A DNA stretch of 64,000 bases from Acidobacteriota bacterium (GTDB taxonomy: Bacteria > Acidobacteriota > UBA890 > WLXD01), in NCBI GenBank assembly GCA_963666215.2, contig CAXWPL010000005.1, forward strand, positions 1,344,001 to 1,408,000. The letters run 5' to 3'. Under the pieces are notes generated by a model that saw only the letters and a program-made list of their open reading frames with translations, did no database searches and had not been told where the DNA came from. Position 1 is the first letter of the stretch. The number at the start of each line of letters is the position of its first letter. The translations under genes and the position numbers were made by a program. Of this stretch, positions 63,831 through 64,000 are shown one piece after another.

Positions 63831-64000
63831 CTTGGGTTCAAGGAGTCGTCGCAGCGTTGCCTTGGTGAGCAGAGTGTACAAGCTCATCGAAGACTTCGGC
63901 AGGGGTTCTCCAGCCGAGGGTCTTGCGGGGTCGGCCGTTGAGTGCGAGCGCGACCGCGGCGAGGTCGTCGCAGGAGTATCTGACAAGGTCGGTGCCCTTC
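63831..64000 (-). mobile_element. IS30-family element (runs off the window) inserted in the IS3 transposase
   Basis: Minus strand KGTDL...[18 protein letters not shown]...ATTP*, then terminal TTGAACCCAAG. Confidence 0.85.

Overview
A GC-rich bacterial window crowded with mobile elements and decayed genes. The housekeeping-type content (DUF3604, DUF1501/DUF1553, PQQ dehydrogenases, a carboxypeptidase-domain TonB receptor) suggests an Acidobacteriota-like host; this is inference. The left ~35 kb looks like one integrative element ending at a duplicated 3' half of tRNA-Leu(CAA) at 34897-34955. Its backbone is unusual: an atypical tyrosine recombinase, a tandem winged-helix protein, a HerA/VirB4-like ATPase fused to an HTH and a PD-(D/E)xK nuclease, a TraD/VirD4-like coupling ATPase with two paralogous helical proteins, a membrane coiled-coil protein and several Cys-rich micro-proteins. 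Some of these genes have TATA-like boxes at archaeal spacing. No classical relaxase or mating-pair genes are recognisable. The cargo is an NhaR-linked stress module (nhaR, nhaA, two USPs, an eRF1-like protein, AI-2E, secD, an extra rpoD) marked by a repeated ~40-bp operator-like motif. nhaA is cleanly interrupted by a 4-ORF IS21, and rpoD by an IS21-type MITE. The right ~29 kb is a mosaic of intact metabolic genes, truncated gene fragments, IS5/IS481-like/IS110/IS91-like/IS3/IS30 pieces, two CTAG-bounded MITEs sharing a covarying core, and a VapBC-type TA pair. Many single-base frameshifts fall in homopolymers and may be sequencing errors. All family assignments come from motif recognition by eye; no database searches were run.
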